A stretch of DNA of 26,048 nucleotides from a virus (IMGVR_UViG_3300025645_000401:1-26048); one strand, 5' to 3'. Shown: positions 18,008 through 26,048, counted from the stretch's first letter. The notes: generated by a model not told the origin, from the letters alone. Numbers and translations: made by a program.

Positions 18008-19927
18008 TTACTTTGCGTCACCGTAAGTGTCACCGATGTCACCTTCACTCCATGTAACTAGCTCAGGCCACCATATAGGGGGCGTGCGCATTACTTTCTG
18101 TACTAGATCTAGCATGTCCTGCGATTCGCTTTCAGGAACGATGTAAACCAGCTCATCGTGAACCATTAACGCAGGGTTTAAGCCCGTAAGATCTTGAACT
18201 GTTAACGCGTTGTCAGCAATTACACACCGGGCAAGATGCTGAACGATGTTCTCGTCGATCTTCCCTGCATAGATTCGGGCTTTGTTGCGACCGTGCCCAT
18301 ACACAAACTCCATACGTCCGTCGGCCTCGTTACGCTCGGTACGCAGGCTTGGGTAACGGATGATGCCTTTAGGTGTCTTTAGCCCTTCAGGGACTGGGAC
18401 AACCATACCCCACGGGTCGAGAGCAGCCCCCGTCGCACCACGCATAATAGTTGGCAGTACGTTGTGACATGTGCGCCATCCTCTGGTGATCTCGTAGTAA
18501 CTGTCCCGCCATTGGTTCACGATGTCTTGGCTCTCAGACTCATCAATCTCTACACCGCCCATCAGCTTGGCGACGGTCATAAACGTTTTCCATCCTGCCC
18601 CGAAACCCAGCCCGAGGTGGGCAACTTTGCCGACCTGTCGTTGCTGCTTGGTCACGTTGTCGTATGGTACGGCGTAAAGCTTACTGGCGAAGTCTTTATA
18701 TAGGTCAGCTTTCTCTGGGTCGGCTTGGAACATTGCCGTACTAGATGGCACCTTCCATAAGAAGTGGTTAACACGTAGCTCGATGCCGGACAGATCCGCC
18801 ACGACGACCTTGTACCCTGCCGGTGCGATCAACGACTTACGCAGTGCATCCGATGGTCGGGGTGCATACGGATTAACACGTGGTAAGTTCTGTGGGTTGT
18901 AGCCCCACCCGCTCCAGCGTCCCGTAGTGTCCGCTCCGTAGTACTTCAGCGGAATAGGCACCCGTTTGTCAGGGTGCGCGTTAGAGGCGTCTAGGAACGC
19001 GTTGATGCGCGTCTGTAGGATCGTTGACTTGGCGTCTAAGCGAGCGGCTGCTGCTGTAGCAACTATCGGGTTGTCATGTTCTTGTAGCGCAAGGAACTCT
19101 TCGTCTGTCTTTGCCAGCGCAGGTATCTCTTTGCCCGTTCGTGCTGAAATCTTGGTTGGAACTTCCACGCCCACGGTACGTAGGAACGCTGCAAACTTAG
19201 CAGCAGACGATAGCAGCTTTAGGATCGCTTCTATGTTCTCCTCGTCGGTGTGCGCTGCGTCGTAAACGTTCATCTCTTTAGATGCTTCGAGCAGCACCTT
19301 CTTCTTACGTATGCCTTCTTCGACCAACGTGTCGTACAACAGTGAACTGTTAGCCTCAAACTTTGGCTCGACTAACATGCGGATCGTCATGTCGATAAGC
19401 CGCACCTCGTCTTTACGTGTCTGCGGTATGAGTCGTCTCAGTAACGCGTAACACTGGTCAACGTCGTCCTTGTTATAGAGAGCCATGTCGGCAATCTCTT
19501 TCTTGGTGAACTCCGACAAGCGTCGGCCTTTCGTGGCGATGAGCGCGGACTGGTCTTTGTAGCCTATCTTGTAATGCTCCACGAGCTTGGCCAGTGAACC
19601 ACCAGCGTCCTTGGCGTGGATTGGTCGAGACATAGCCAGCGTGCATCCCCATAGCCGGGGCTTGATGTGCATACGCCATGCTAGGATCATAGAGTCAAAG
19701 CCGGACAGGTTGTGCCCGACTACCCAATACTGTGACCAGTCGACCTTGGACGCATACTCGATGACGTTCGCTTCGCCGAATACAATCTCGGTCTCGCCGT
19801 CGTCAAACTTAAACCCACAAGAGATTATCTCTGTGTCAGGGTGCATACAGTAAGCGATGGGGGACATCTTGGACAGGGAGTGCGTGACGCTCCAGTAGGT
19901 CTCAAGATCTACGGTACATATTTTCAT
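18008..19927 (-). CDS. polA: Family A DNA polymerase with a 3'-5' exonuclease domain
   Basis: Exo DLET and HN..FD; TGRWS, QNLP; motif A DLSGIELR; motif B RQVGKVAHLGLGFG; motif C VHDE. Confidence 0.95.
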   Translation of the reverse strand: MKICTVDLETYWSVTHSLSKMSPIAYCMHPDTEIISCGFKFDDGETEIVFGEANVIEYASKVDWSQYWVVGHNLSGFDSMILAWRMHIKPRLWGCTLAMSRPIHAKDAGGSLAKLVEHYKIGYKDQSALIATKGRRLSEFTKKEIADMALYNKDDVDQCYALLRRLIPQTRKDEVRLIDMTIRMLVEPKFEANSSLLYDTLVEEGIRKKKVLLEASKEMNVYDAAHTDEENIEAILKLLSSAAKFAAFLRTVGVEVPTKISARTGKEIPALAKTDEEFLALQEHDNPIVATAAAARLDAKSTILQTRINAFLDASNAHPDKRVPIPLKYYGADTTGRWSGWGYNPQNLPRVNPYAPRPSDALRKSLIAPAGYKVVVADLSGIELRVNHFLWKVPSSTAMFQADPEKADLYKDFASKLYAVPYDNVTKQQRQVGKVAHLGLGFGAGWKTFMTVAKLMGGVEIDESESQDIVNQWRDSYYEITRGWRTCHNVLPTIMRGATGAALDPWGMVVPVPEGLKTPKGIIRYPSLRTERNEADGRMEFVYGHGRNKARIYAGKIDENIVQHLARCVIADNALTVQDLTGLNPALMVHDELVYIVPESESQDMLDLVQKVMRTPPIWWPELVTWSEGDIGDTYGDAK

Positions 19928-19974
19928 TTAGGTCTCCATTCCCCGCACTAAGCGGGGGTGCAAAGTTAGCAGAT

Positions 19975-20253
19975 TTATAGGTTGGACATCCACCACGAGA
20001 CGAAGACGACAATCACAGAGAGTGAGACAGACGTGGCAAAGCATCTCTTACAAAACCTATCGGTAAAGCTTAGCGCCGCTACTGGCGGCTGATCCTTGAT
20101 GCGGGTCTTACGTGGGCGGCCTCGCTTTAAACGCGCAGGGGTGTTGAGCGCATCTTCTAACGACCACCCTCGGCCTAGGCGGTTGTGTACTACGCTTGGG
20201 TGCAGCCCTTTCTTACGGGCTAGTTCTGATACATTGGTTGACGTGTTAGACAT
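19975..20253 (-). CDS. Small HTH-like protein with a C-terminal hydrophobic anchor
   Basis: SELARKKGL....V..RL.RGWSLEDALNTP, basic RGRPRK, C-terminal TM-like stretch; AGGAG RBS. Confidence 0.65.
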   Translation of the reverse strand: MSNTSTNVSELARKKGLHPSVVHNRLGRGWSLEDALNTPARLKRGRPRKTRIKDQPPVAALSFTDRFCKRCFATSVSLSVIVVFVSWWMSNL

Positions 20254-20266
20254 GGTTGTTCTCCTA

Positions 20267-20953
20267 TTATGGTTTTGTAATTCGGTGGCCTATTGCCAGT
20301 GATGCGAGCATGTCGCGGTCGATGCCTAAGCTTTCCGGGAGTAAGGAAGAGTTCTTCGCCGCTCGACTGGGTGCTGGCTCGCGTAATTTATCCATGTACG
20401 CCGCTGGTACGTACATCTCGATCTCGGGCATGGCCTTGATCGCAGCGTTGAGAGACGAGTAACCAGCCATAAATATCTGGATCTGGTCAACAACATCCCT
20501 GAACTGCGTGTTGATGCGTCGGAGGTGGTCTTTGTGTGCCGAGACTACATCAAAAAAGCTGCGGAGTAGGTCGTCACAGTCATCAAGTTTTAAGTCTACC
20601 TCCACGCCGTAGTAGCGGTCCTTGGTTGCAAACGGCAGTGATACTGTGTCGTGCTCTGGAAACTCTAGGTCTTGCTTGTGTACATTGCGGTCGCGGTCAA
20701 GAACGTCTGAGCCGTCAAGCGGGAACCTAATCACCACACGTCGGTGGTCTTTTAGCCATGTTGCTGGGAGCTTGCCCTCCAGATGCGGCGCGTCTCTGTA
20801 TGACGCCTTACATACTGCGTCCCTTGCTGAATCGAACAACGGGGTGCCATATGCAATCGTGCGTGGTGGATATGCTTTTATCGCAGCTTGGCGCATTGTT
20901 TCTACGTAATCTAGCATCTGGTTCATAAGTGTGTCAGTTTTACGTACATACAT
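20267..20953 (-). CDS. Hypothetical protein (C-terminus reminiscent of the Nmad5 family)
   Basis: 228-aa ORF coupled to the vWA gene; SLNAAIKAMPEIEMYVP motif; family call tentative. Confidence 0.6.
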   Translation of the reverse strand: MYVRKTDTLMNQMLDYVETMRQAAIKAYPPRTIAYGTPLFDSARDAVCKASYRDAPHLEGKLPATWLKDHRRVVIRFPLDGSDVLDRDRNVHKQDLEFPEHDTVSLPFATKDRYYGVEVDLKLDDCDDLLRSFFDVVSAHKDHLRRINTQFRDVVDQIQIFMAGYSSLNAAIKAMPEIEMYVPAAYMDKLREPAPSRAAKNSSLLPESLGIDRDMLASLAIGHRITKP

Positions 20954-20956
20954 AAT

Positions 20957-22105
20957 CTAGTCCTCGAATTTTATTACGGTGCCCCAGCTGAATGCCGTGG
21001 TGCCTGTCGTGAGCCACACTGTTTCGTGGCTAGCCGTGAATTGAGACTGGTCGCCGTAGCCATCAGTCAGGTAGACAACACACTCAGGCTCGATAGCGTT
21101 GTCGTCGATCCAGTCGAACACTGGCTTGAACGATGTACCGCCGCCGCCCAAGGCTTGGATGCTGACGGGAAAGTCATCAGGTGTGTACTCGTCAACACCT
21201 GCTACGGCGTGGTCACAGTAGACAACGTGAACAACCTCAGGGTTACACGTGTCGATGATGCGATTGATGTGACCGTTGAACATAGCGATGTCGTCGTCGG
21301 TAACAGAGCAGGACGTATCGACACCGATAACAACCGGCCCCATCTTAGGTAGATAGTCAACGCCGGGGATGTAGATGTTGCGAGCGATAAACCGGCGGTT
21401 GGGTCTGTTCCACGAGTAGCCATCTTTGATCTTGCCTGCCATGAAGCGCTCAAGAATATCGTACCAAGGGGTCTTCACGTTAACGAGATCGTCGACCAGA
21501 CGCTCGATACCTGCGGGCAGCTTGCCGACTGCCTTGGCAGCCTTGGCAGATTGTATGGTCTCGATCTTGGCTTGCGCTTCGAGCTGGTGGATCTGCGCGT
21601 CGTCGAGCGGTTTGCCGTCGTCGTCGACGGGGTCGCCTATGTCGTTACCGAGACCGCCGGGGCCTTCCCCTTCGCCGTCGTCGGCCTCATCATACAAAGA
21701 CTCGGCGGCCATGTTGCGAGCGCCGTCCAGCGTAATTCCGCCGTCGATGAAGTCGCCGACATTGGCGTCGATCAGGGTGTCGTTGATAACTTTGTCGGCA
21801 GCGACATTCCACGCCTTGGCATCTCGGTGTCCCCGGCGCAAACCGTGGCATAGCATGTAGTGCATCGCCTCGTGAGCCAGTAAGAACATGATGTTGCGAA
21901 CTGACAGTGGCTCGGCAAAGTCTGGGTTGATGTACATCTGACCTGTCGCTGACATACCGGCGGTCGGTATCTTGTCGGTGTAGATGATAGGCCGTTTGGT
22001 GCAGGCGGTCCCAAAGAACGGGTGATCCAAGATCAGTAGTGACTTGGCCTTGCCTACCTTGCGTTGCACGTCGTCGAGTGCAGTGTGCTGTAGTTGGGCG
22101 CTCAT
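20957..22105 (-). CDS. DUF2201-type protein: N-terminal HExxH metallopeptidase and C-terminal vWA domain
   Basis: HEAMH...H, WNVAADKVIN; acidic linker; MIDAS DTSCS, GGGT, LTDG. Confidence 0.88.
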   Translation of the reverse strand: MSAQLQHTALDDVQRKVGKAKSLLILDHPFFGTACTKRPIIYTDKIPTAGMSATGQMYINPDFAEPLSVRNIMFLLAHEAMHYMLCHGLRRGHRDAKAWNVAADKVINDTLIDANVGDFIDGGITLDGARNMAAESLYDEADDGEGEGPGGLGNDIGDPVDDDGKPLDDAQIHQLEAQAKIETIQSAKAAKAVGKLPAGIERLVDDLVNVKTPWYDILERFMAGKIKDGYSWNRPNRRFIARNIYIPGVDYLPKMGPVVIGVDTSCSVTDDDIAMFNGHINRIIDTCNPEVVHVVYCDHAVAGVDEYTPDDFPVSIQALGGGGTSFKPVFDWIDDNAIEPECVVYLTDGYGDQSQFTASHETVWLTTGTTAFSWGTVIKFED

Positions 22106-22114
22106 GGTGTTCTC

Positions 22115-23203
22115 CTATACTAGACCTTGCATCTTGCTCATAAGGTCGTCGATTTGGGTGGCTGCTTTCTCACGTACCGTTGATGAGTTGCGCAGTACGT
22201 CTTTGTTGTTGGCGTAGGTGCCGACCAGTGACTGGAGGTCTTTGATACGCTCGGTGATCTCTGGGTCATCTGAGATGTTGATCTTGGCCATACGAGATGA
22301 AACCTCGACCATGTTGTCGATAAGACTGTCTCGAAAGATGTGTCCGTCGTCGCCGATGGTCACCGCCAATTTATTGACAGCGCGTTGCATTGGCTCGATC
22401 ATCTGGTTGAGGACGTGAGCGCTTGCATTGGTACTGGCATCGTCGAGCTGGCGTTGCAGACTGTCTTTGTCCTCGTCGCTGATACCCACACGGAAGTCAC
22501 CTGTCGTAGGCACCGGCATGTAGCGCACCTCGATACTAAACTTGGCACGCACCTCGGCGGCGTCAGGGTAGTCGTTGGGGTTGGCAAGGTTCGGCTTGCC
22601 CTTGGCAAAGGCTATGTCGGCCAAGCGTGCTAAGTCTGCGGTAACCTCGTGGTCCCAATGCTGGACAAGATCGTCGACCGCATCGTTGGCCTTGTCGATC
22701 AGTTGGCGCAGTCCTGCTGTAAAGAACATGTAGTGGTCGATGTTGAGCAGCTCCACACCAGTAGTCCACGGCACCGTGTTGTCTTTGGCGTATGTATAGA
22801 CCTCGGTGTACTTGCTGATCGCCTCTTTGACGCGGTTGTTGCGCCCCTCGAACAGATGCTTGTTAACATTACCTGCGCCGTACGCTCGGCTTTCCTCGGT
22901 GTCGAGCTTGTAGGGTGAGTACATCCGGCGCTTGACCTGCACTAGCACGGCTTTCTCGTCTAAGTTCTTGATTTGTAACGACTGACGAGGTAACGTGTTA
23001 ACAGATTCAACACTTGGTACAGTCTCGCTCTTCGGCGGCACTGCAAATAGTCGCGCGTTGGTGTTAGCAGGCACGGCGACGGCAATGTCGTCGATGACAT
23101 TAGCGATCTGTGAAACCGGCGACGTCAATGAGTCGTCGACTTGGTCTTTCTCCCATTGCTCAACGGCAGCAAGTGCGGCGGCGAGTGTTTCATTGATAGT
23201 CAT
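22115..23203 (-). CDS. Conserved helical protein of AAA/vWA modules (DUF3150-like, tentative)
   Basis: Lies between the AAA and vWA genes; DYP...EVRAKF and FRDSL motifs. Confidence 0.6.
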   Translation of the reverse strand: MTINETLAAALAAVEQWEKDQVDDSLTSPVSQIANVIDDIAVAVPANTNARLFAVPPKSETVPSVESVNTLPRQSLQIKNLDEKAVLVQVKRRMYSPYKLDTEESRAYGAGNVNKHLFEGRNNRVKEAISKYTEVYTYAKDNTVPWTTGVELLNIDHYMFFTAGLRQLIDKANDAVDDLVQHWDHEVTADLARLADIAFAKGKPNLANPNDYPDAAEVRAKFSIEVRYMPVPTTGDFRVGISDEDKDSLQRQLDDASTNASAHVLNQMIEPMQRAVNKLAVTIGDDGHIFRDSLIDNMVEVSSRMAKINISDDPEITERIKDLQSLVGTYANNKDVLRNSSTVREKAATQIDDLMSKMQGLV

Positions 23204-23204
23204 A

Positions 23205-24218
23205 TTAGTTACCTCCCATAAAGATGTCTTTGTTCTTGATCGCCCAGCCGATGAAGTCGCGGGTCTGCTGTAGCTGTGGCGTTAGGCGCAGTGCGTCTGT
23301 GACGTAGACCATCTGAAATTCCTTAGGCATACGGTCCATATAGGTCATGTCCCTGCTGAACGTGTCTGGCGTTGCCGTCATACTCAGCGCAGTCGACACG
23401 GCATACTTGACGGCTGGCTCTTCTGGCACCTCAGTATCGGCAGGGTGTAGTCGTACGAGGTCGATCGACGGCATCTTGTGCATCATGTCCATCGCAGCAA
23501 CCCACTCAGCTGCTGCCCCCTCGCCCACTTTGCCCTCTGCTGCTGTCAGGTACATGTTGGTGGGCAGTTCTAGTGGTACCTCGGTGAACAGCTTGGTCCA
23601 CGATCGTTGGGTTGGATTGCTGCGCTTGTTGGCGTCGTAATCGTTGAGCAGGTTGGGTCGCAGTCTAAGGAACGCGATACCCATGGCATCCACACCGTTG
23701 TTCATGGCCCACTCACACCAATCGTCGAGCGACGTGTCTACGTCGAAGTGATACATACGGTCGTTCAGGTGGCCTAACAGAGGCTTGGCACCAGCACGGT
23801 CTTGGGCACGGTTACCAGTGGCGATCATCACCACGCTTGGGTCGACTTTGAACACCGGGGTCTGTCGTTCTAACACGAAACCCGCTGCCCATGTCTGGAG
23901 CTGCTGGGATGACTGGGCCAGCTCCTCAAGCACGATCATGCCGGGGCCAGAACCTTCCCGGTAGTCGTAGAACATCTTGGTGGGGTTGAACACGGTCATG
24001 CCGTCAGTAATTGAGGGCACACCGGTGAAGTCGACGACATCATGGTTGTTGATATGCACCACAAGTACACGGTCATGCGGTATGCCCAGCTCGTCGGCTA
24101 TCTGGAGGCAGGCATCTGACTTACCCATGCCGGGTGCGCCGTGGATCATTGGCACTACTTTGGGGGATTTGCGGAACATTGCCGCGATGGTGGTCTTGCA
24201 CTCGTTTATTGAAGCCAT
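23205..24218 (-). CDS. MoxR/CbbQ-like AAA+ ATPase
   Basis: Walker A GAPGMGKS; D..GVP; variant Walker B IVLEE; sensor-1 ATGN; LNDR; PTQRSW. Confidence 0.88.
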   Translation of the reverse strand: MASINECKTTIAAMFRKSPKVVPMIHGAPGMGKSDACLQIADELGIPHDRVLVVHINNHDVVDFTGVPSITDGMTVFNPTKMFYDYREGSGPGMIVLEELAQSSQQLQTWAAGFVLERQTPVFKVDPSVVMIATGNRAQDRAGAKPLLGHLNDRMYHFDVDTSLDDWCEWAMNNGVDAMGIAFLRLRPNLLNDYDANKRSNPTQRSWTKLFTEVPLELPTNMYLTAAEGKVGEGAAAEWVAAMDMMHKMPSIDLVRLHPADTEVPEEPAVKYAVSTALSMTATPDTFSRDMTYMDRMPKEFQMVYVTDALRLTPQLQQTRDFIGWAIKNKDIFMGGN

Positions 24219-24263
24219 TGTGGTTCTCCTGTGTGCCCTTAGGTGGGCGCAGTTGAATTGATA

Positions 24264-24292
24264 TGATTACATGTAAACACATAAAGTGTCAA
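24264..24292 (-). promoter_or_regulatory. Sigma70-type promoter for the AAA/vWA operon
   Basis: TTGACA (24292-24287), 17 bp, TAATCA (24269-24264); overlapped by palindrome 24265-24278. Confidence 0.65.
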
Positions 24293-24303
24293 CGGGTTAA
24301 GGG

Positions 24304-24687
24304 TTATGATGCTTTCTTGAGTATCCTTGCGGCACAGTATGCGGCGTACGATCCCTCCCAAAGGAGGTCGAGCATACCGTCATGGTCTAGCCACAATATG
24401 TCGTCGGTTGACGGTCGAGCGTGGCTCTGGTGGCGCGTCGTTGTATGGCTATACTTGCTGCCATTGCCGAACCATTGGGCTGCTGTCTCATCATAGGCAA
24501 ACATGGGGAAATGCTTGCCGTACGAGTAAACGATGTAGAACCCTTTACCCTTGTCAGAGGGCAGCGCAGTGGCATCGTCAATATCACCGCTAAACGTGGT
24601 GTCCGAAATGATCGTGCCGTTGTTGGTCACGAACTCCTCGCGCCGATCGACATACGACCGTACTTCTCTGTTGCTTATTCTAGGCAT
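24304..24687 (-). CDS. Early hypothetical protein, paralog A
   Basis: Start moved to ATG 24687 (GAGGAG RBS); aligns end to end with 24704-25036. Confidence 0.75.
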   Translation of the reverse strand: MPRISNREVRSYVDRREEFVTNNGTIISDTTFSGDIDDATALPSDKGKGFYIVYSYGKHFPMFAYDETAAQWFGNGSKYSHTTTRHQSHARPSTDDILWLDHDGMLDLLWEGSYAAYCAARILKKAS

Positions 24688-24703
24688 GGTGATGCTCCTC
24701 GTG

Positions 24704-25036
24704 TTATTGGTTAAGAATTCTGCGAGCGCAGTGCGCTCCATACGATCCAGCATCAATCAGCGACCGCATGTCTTCATGGTCTAGCCAGTTGACCTTGACG
24801 TCGGATGCTATTGCTGCGGTCTTGAGTGACTTGGGGGCGTTCTCGTACGTGTCGGCATTACCGAACCACACCTCAAGATCGTCGTCGTATACATACAGAG
24901 GGTTGTTGAAGCCGTAAGTGTAGACGACATACTTCCCTTTGCCTGACAGCATCGAATATAAGGTGCTGTCTTTGATATGAAATGGTAGGCGGCGATCTAC
25001 GTAGTCACGCACCTCGTCCTTGCGTATTCTGGTCAT
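24704..25036 (-). CDS. Early hypothetical protein, paralog B
   Basis: AAGGAG RBS; shares EVR.YVDRR, Y.VY.YG, WFGN, WLDH, GSY.A.CA.RIL with paralog A. Confidence 0.75.
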   Translation of the reverse strand: MTRIRKDEVRDYVDRRLPFHIKDSTLYSMLSGKGKYVVYTYGFNNPLYVYDDDLEVWFGNADTYENAPKSLKTAAIASDVKVNWLDHEDMRSLIDAGSYGAHCARRILNQ

Positions 25037-25235
25037 GCTGGCGCTCCTTTACGTCGGCGGCGCAGTCATTGAAGGCAAACCCGCTGCTGACGTCACAACC
25101 GATACTGTATGCCTGCTCAGCGCTGAACTCGTGCCGCCAAAGGTAGGCAAGCTCAACGTCGGTCAGTGGGCAGTCGGGAAAGCCATAGTGGGCAAACCAC
25201 TGTTGCAAGGTTTTGGTGTAGCTTGATTTGGACAT
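25005..25235 (-). CDS. Early hypothetical protein
   Basis: Start moved to ATG 25235 (AGGAG RBS); 76 aa. Confidence 0.6.
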   Translation of the reverse strand: MSKSSYTKTLQQWFAHYGFPDCPLTDVELAYLWRHEFSAEQAYSIGCDVSSGFAFNDCAADVKERQHDQNTQGRGA

Positions 25236-25245
25236 GGTGGTGCTC

Positions 25246-25383
25246 CTATTGTCGGAACTCGTTATATTTTCGGCACAGAGCGCAGGCATACGAACGATAA
25301 CGCATGTCTACTTCCATCTTGGTGCCGGTGGGGATGTGTACGATTTGCCACTTGGTGCCGTGGGGTCGTACGGCGTAGGTCAC
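25246..25383 (-). CDS. 45-aa hypothetical protein (not in ORF track)
   Basis: GTG start overlaps the upstream TGA: MTYAVRPHGTKWQIVHIPTGTKMEVDMRYRSYACALCRKYNEFRQ; alternative ATG at 25389. Confidence 0.5.
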   Translation of the reverse strand: MTYAVRPHGTKWQIVHIPTGTKMEVDMRYRSYACALCRKYNEFRQ

Positions 25384-25604
25384 TTCCATAGGTCAGCGGG
25401 ATAGATACACTCACCTTGGATGTAGTTGCCGACAGCATCAGTGGGGAAACGTTCGCCACACCCACTTAGCCAGTTGATGGTGATAAACGCCACGAACAGA
25501 CCTAGTGCTACGCAGGTCAGTGTTTGGCCAGCGGCGTTGATGAGTCGTTGGCGCAGCTTGGCATGGTCGCGCCGTTTATGCCGGTTGATAAAAGCATCTG
25601 GCAT
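25380..25604 (-). CDS. Small membrane protein / possible lipoprotein
   Basis: Basic N-terminus, hydrophobic helix, LSGC lipobox-like motif; AAGGGG RBS. Confidence 0.6.
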   Translation of the reverse strand: MPDAFINRHKRRDHAKLRQRLINAAGQTLTCVALGLFVAFITINWLSGCGERFPTDAVGNYIQGECIYPADLWK

Positions 25605-25747
25605 GGTGGTGCCCCTTATGGTTACACGTAAACAGATAGCAGACCAGAATGCGGTGCGCTAGGGATCTGTTAGGTGTCGCAGGTGGATGTATACGGATGC
25701 ACAAGGCAACCATATGTTTTCAGGCGGATAGGTACGAATAGGTACGG

Positions 25748-26048
25748 CGACTAGACAGCGGTGCTAATTAGACAATCTAATTAGACAGAGGTACGCTTGT
25801 AAGTCATTGATTTATATACAATTAGACAATAAGACAGCGCCCAGCAGTAGTGGGCAAAGTAGGCGTAGTTGAAAGACGGACTACCGCGATTTTCAAATTG
25901 GTGATACAAGTGTTCCAAAGTGCTGACTAATAATTATGGCTGTCTTATTGTCTAAATAGAATTAATATTATTACTTATAACTATATAGAATGGGGCTTGT
26001 AGCCGTGTTTTGTATTTAGACAATCGACTAGACAATCGACTAGACAAG
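25748..26048. repeat. TAGACA iteron array, probable replication origin or genome-end region
   Basis: 10 (T/A)AGACA units; a perfect 17-bp inverted repeat; 12-13-bp tandem periods; AT-rich tract. Confidence 0.75.

Noticed and set aside
25262-25465. 67-aa - strand ORF from the track
   Set aside because: It overlaps the 25380-25604 gene by 86 bp; the coupled ORF at 25246-25383 fits the gap better.
8441-25662. + strand ORFs across the - strand operons
   Set aside because: They are antisense shadows of tightly packed, well-supported genes.
25822-25955. MITE or IS ends suggested by the 17-bp inverted repeat
   Set aside because: The repeat is built from the same TAGACA unit that continues on both sides; no transposase and no evident target duplication.
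25748-26048. CRISPR array
   Set aside because: Repeat units are only 6-17 bp, occur in both orientations, and lack regular unique spacers.

Overview
About 26 kb of a temperate dsDNA tailed phage, probably from a Proteobacterial host; no host genes are visible. The + strand left arm carries the 3' part of a giant polyvalent, probably virion-injected, protein (ART-like, HExxH metallopeptidase and PLxRFG domains; frame open from base 1), then a terminator, a calcineurin-like phosphoesterase, a probable intact attP and a tyrosine integrase. The - strand, converging on the integrase, carries early genes (a tandem paralog pair and an AAA+ / DUF3150-like / metallopeptidase-vWA module) and a replication block (PolA, PD-(D/E)XK nuclease, VRR-NUC, HNH, SNF2 helicase, AlpA-like HTH, SSB, primase-helicase, dUTPase). 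The window ends in an iteron-rich, origin-like region. The best leads are: (1) the ART-like domain is bracketed by in-frame 32-bp direct repeats (30/32 identical), like a swappable effector cassette; (2) a recurring 14-bp palindromic operator lies upstream of four - strand gene groups; (3) a structured TAGACA iteron array; (4) the AAA+/vWA-peptidase module. All family assignments come from motif recognition by eye, not database searches.
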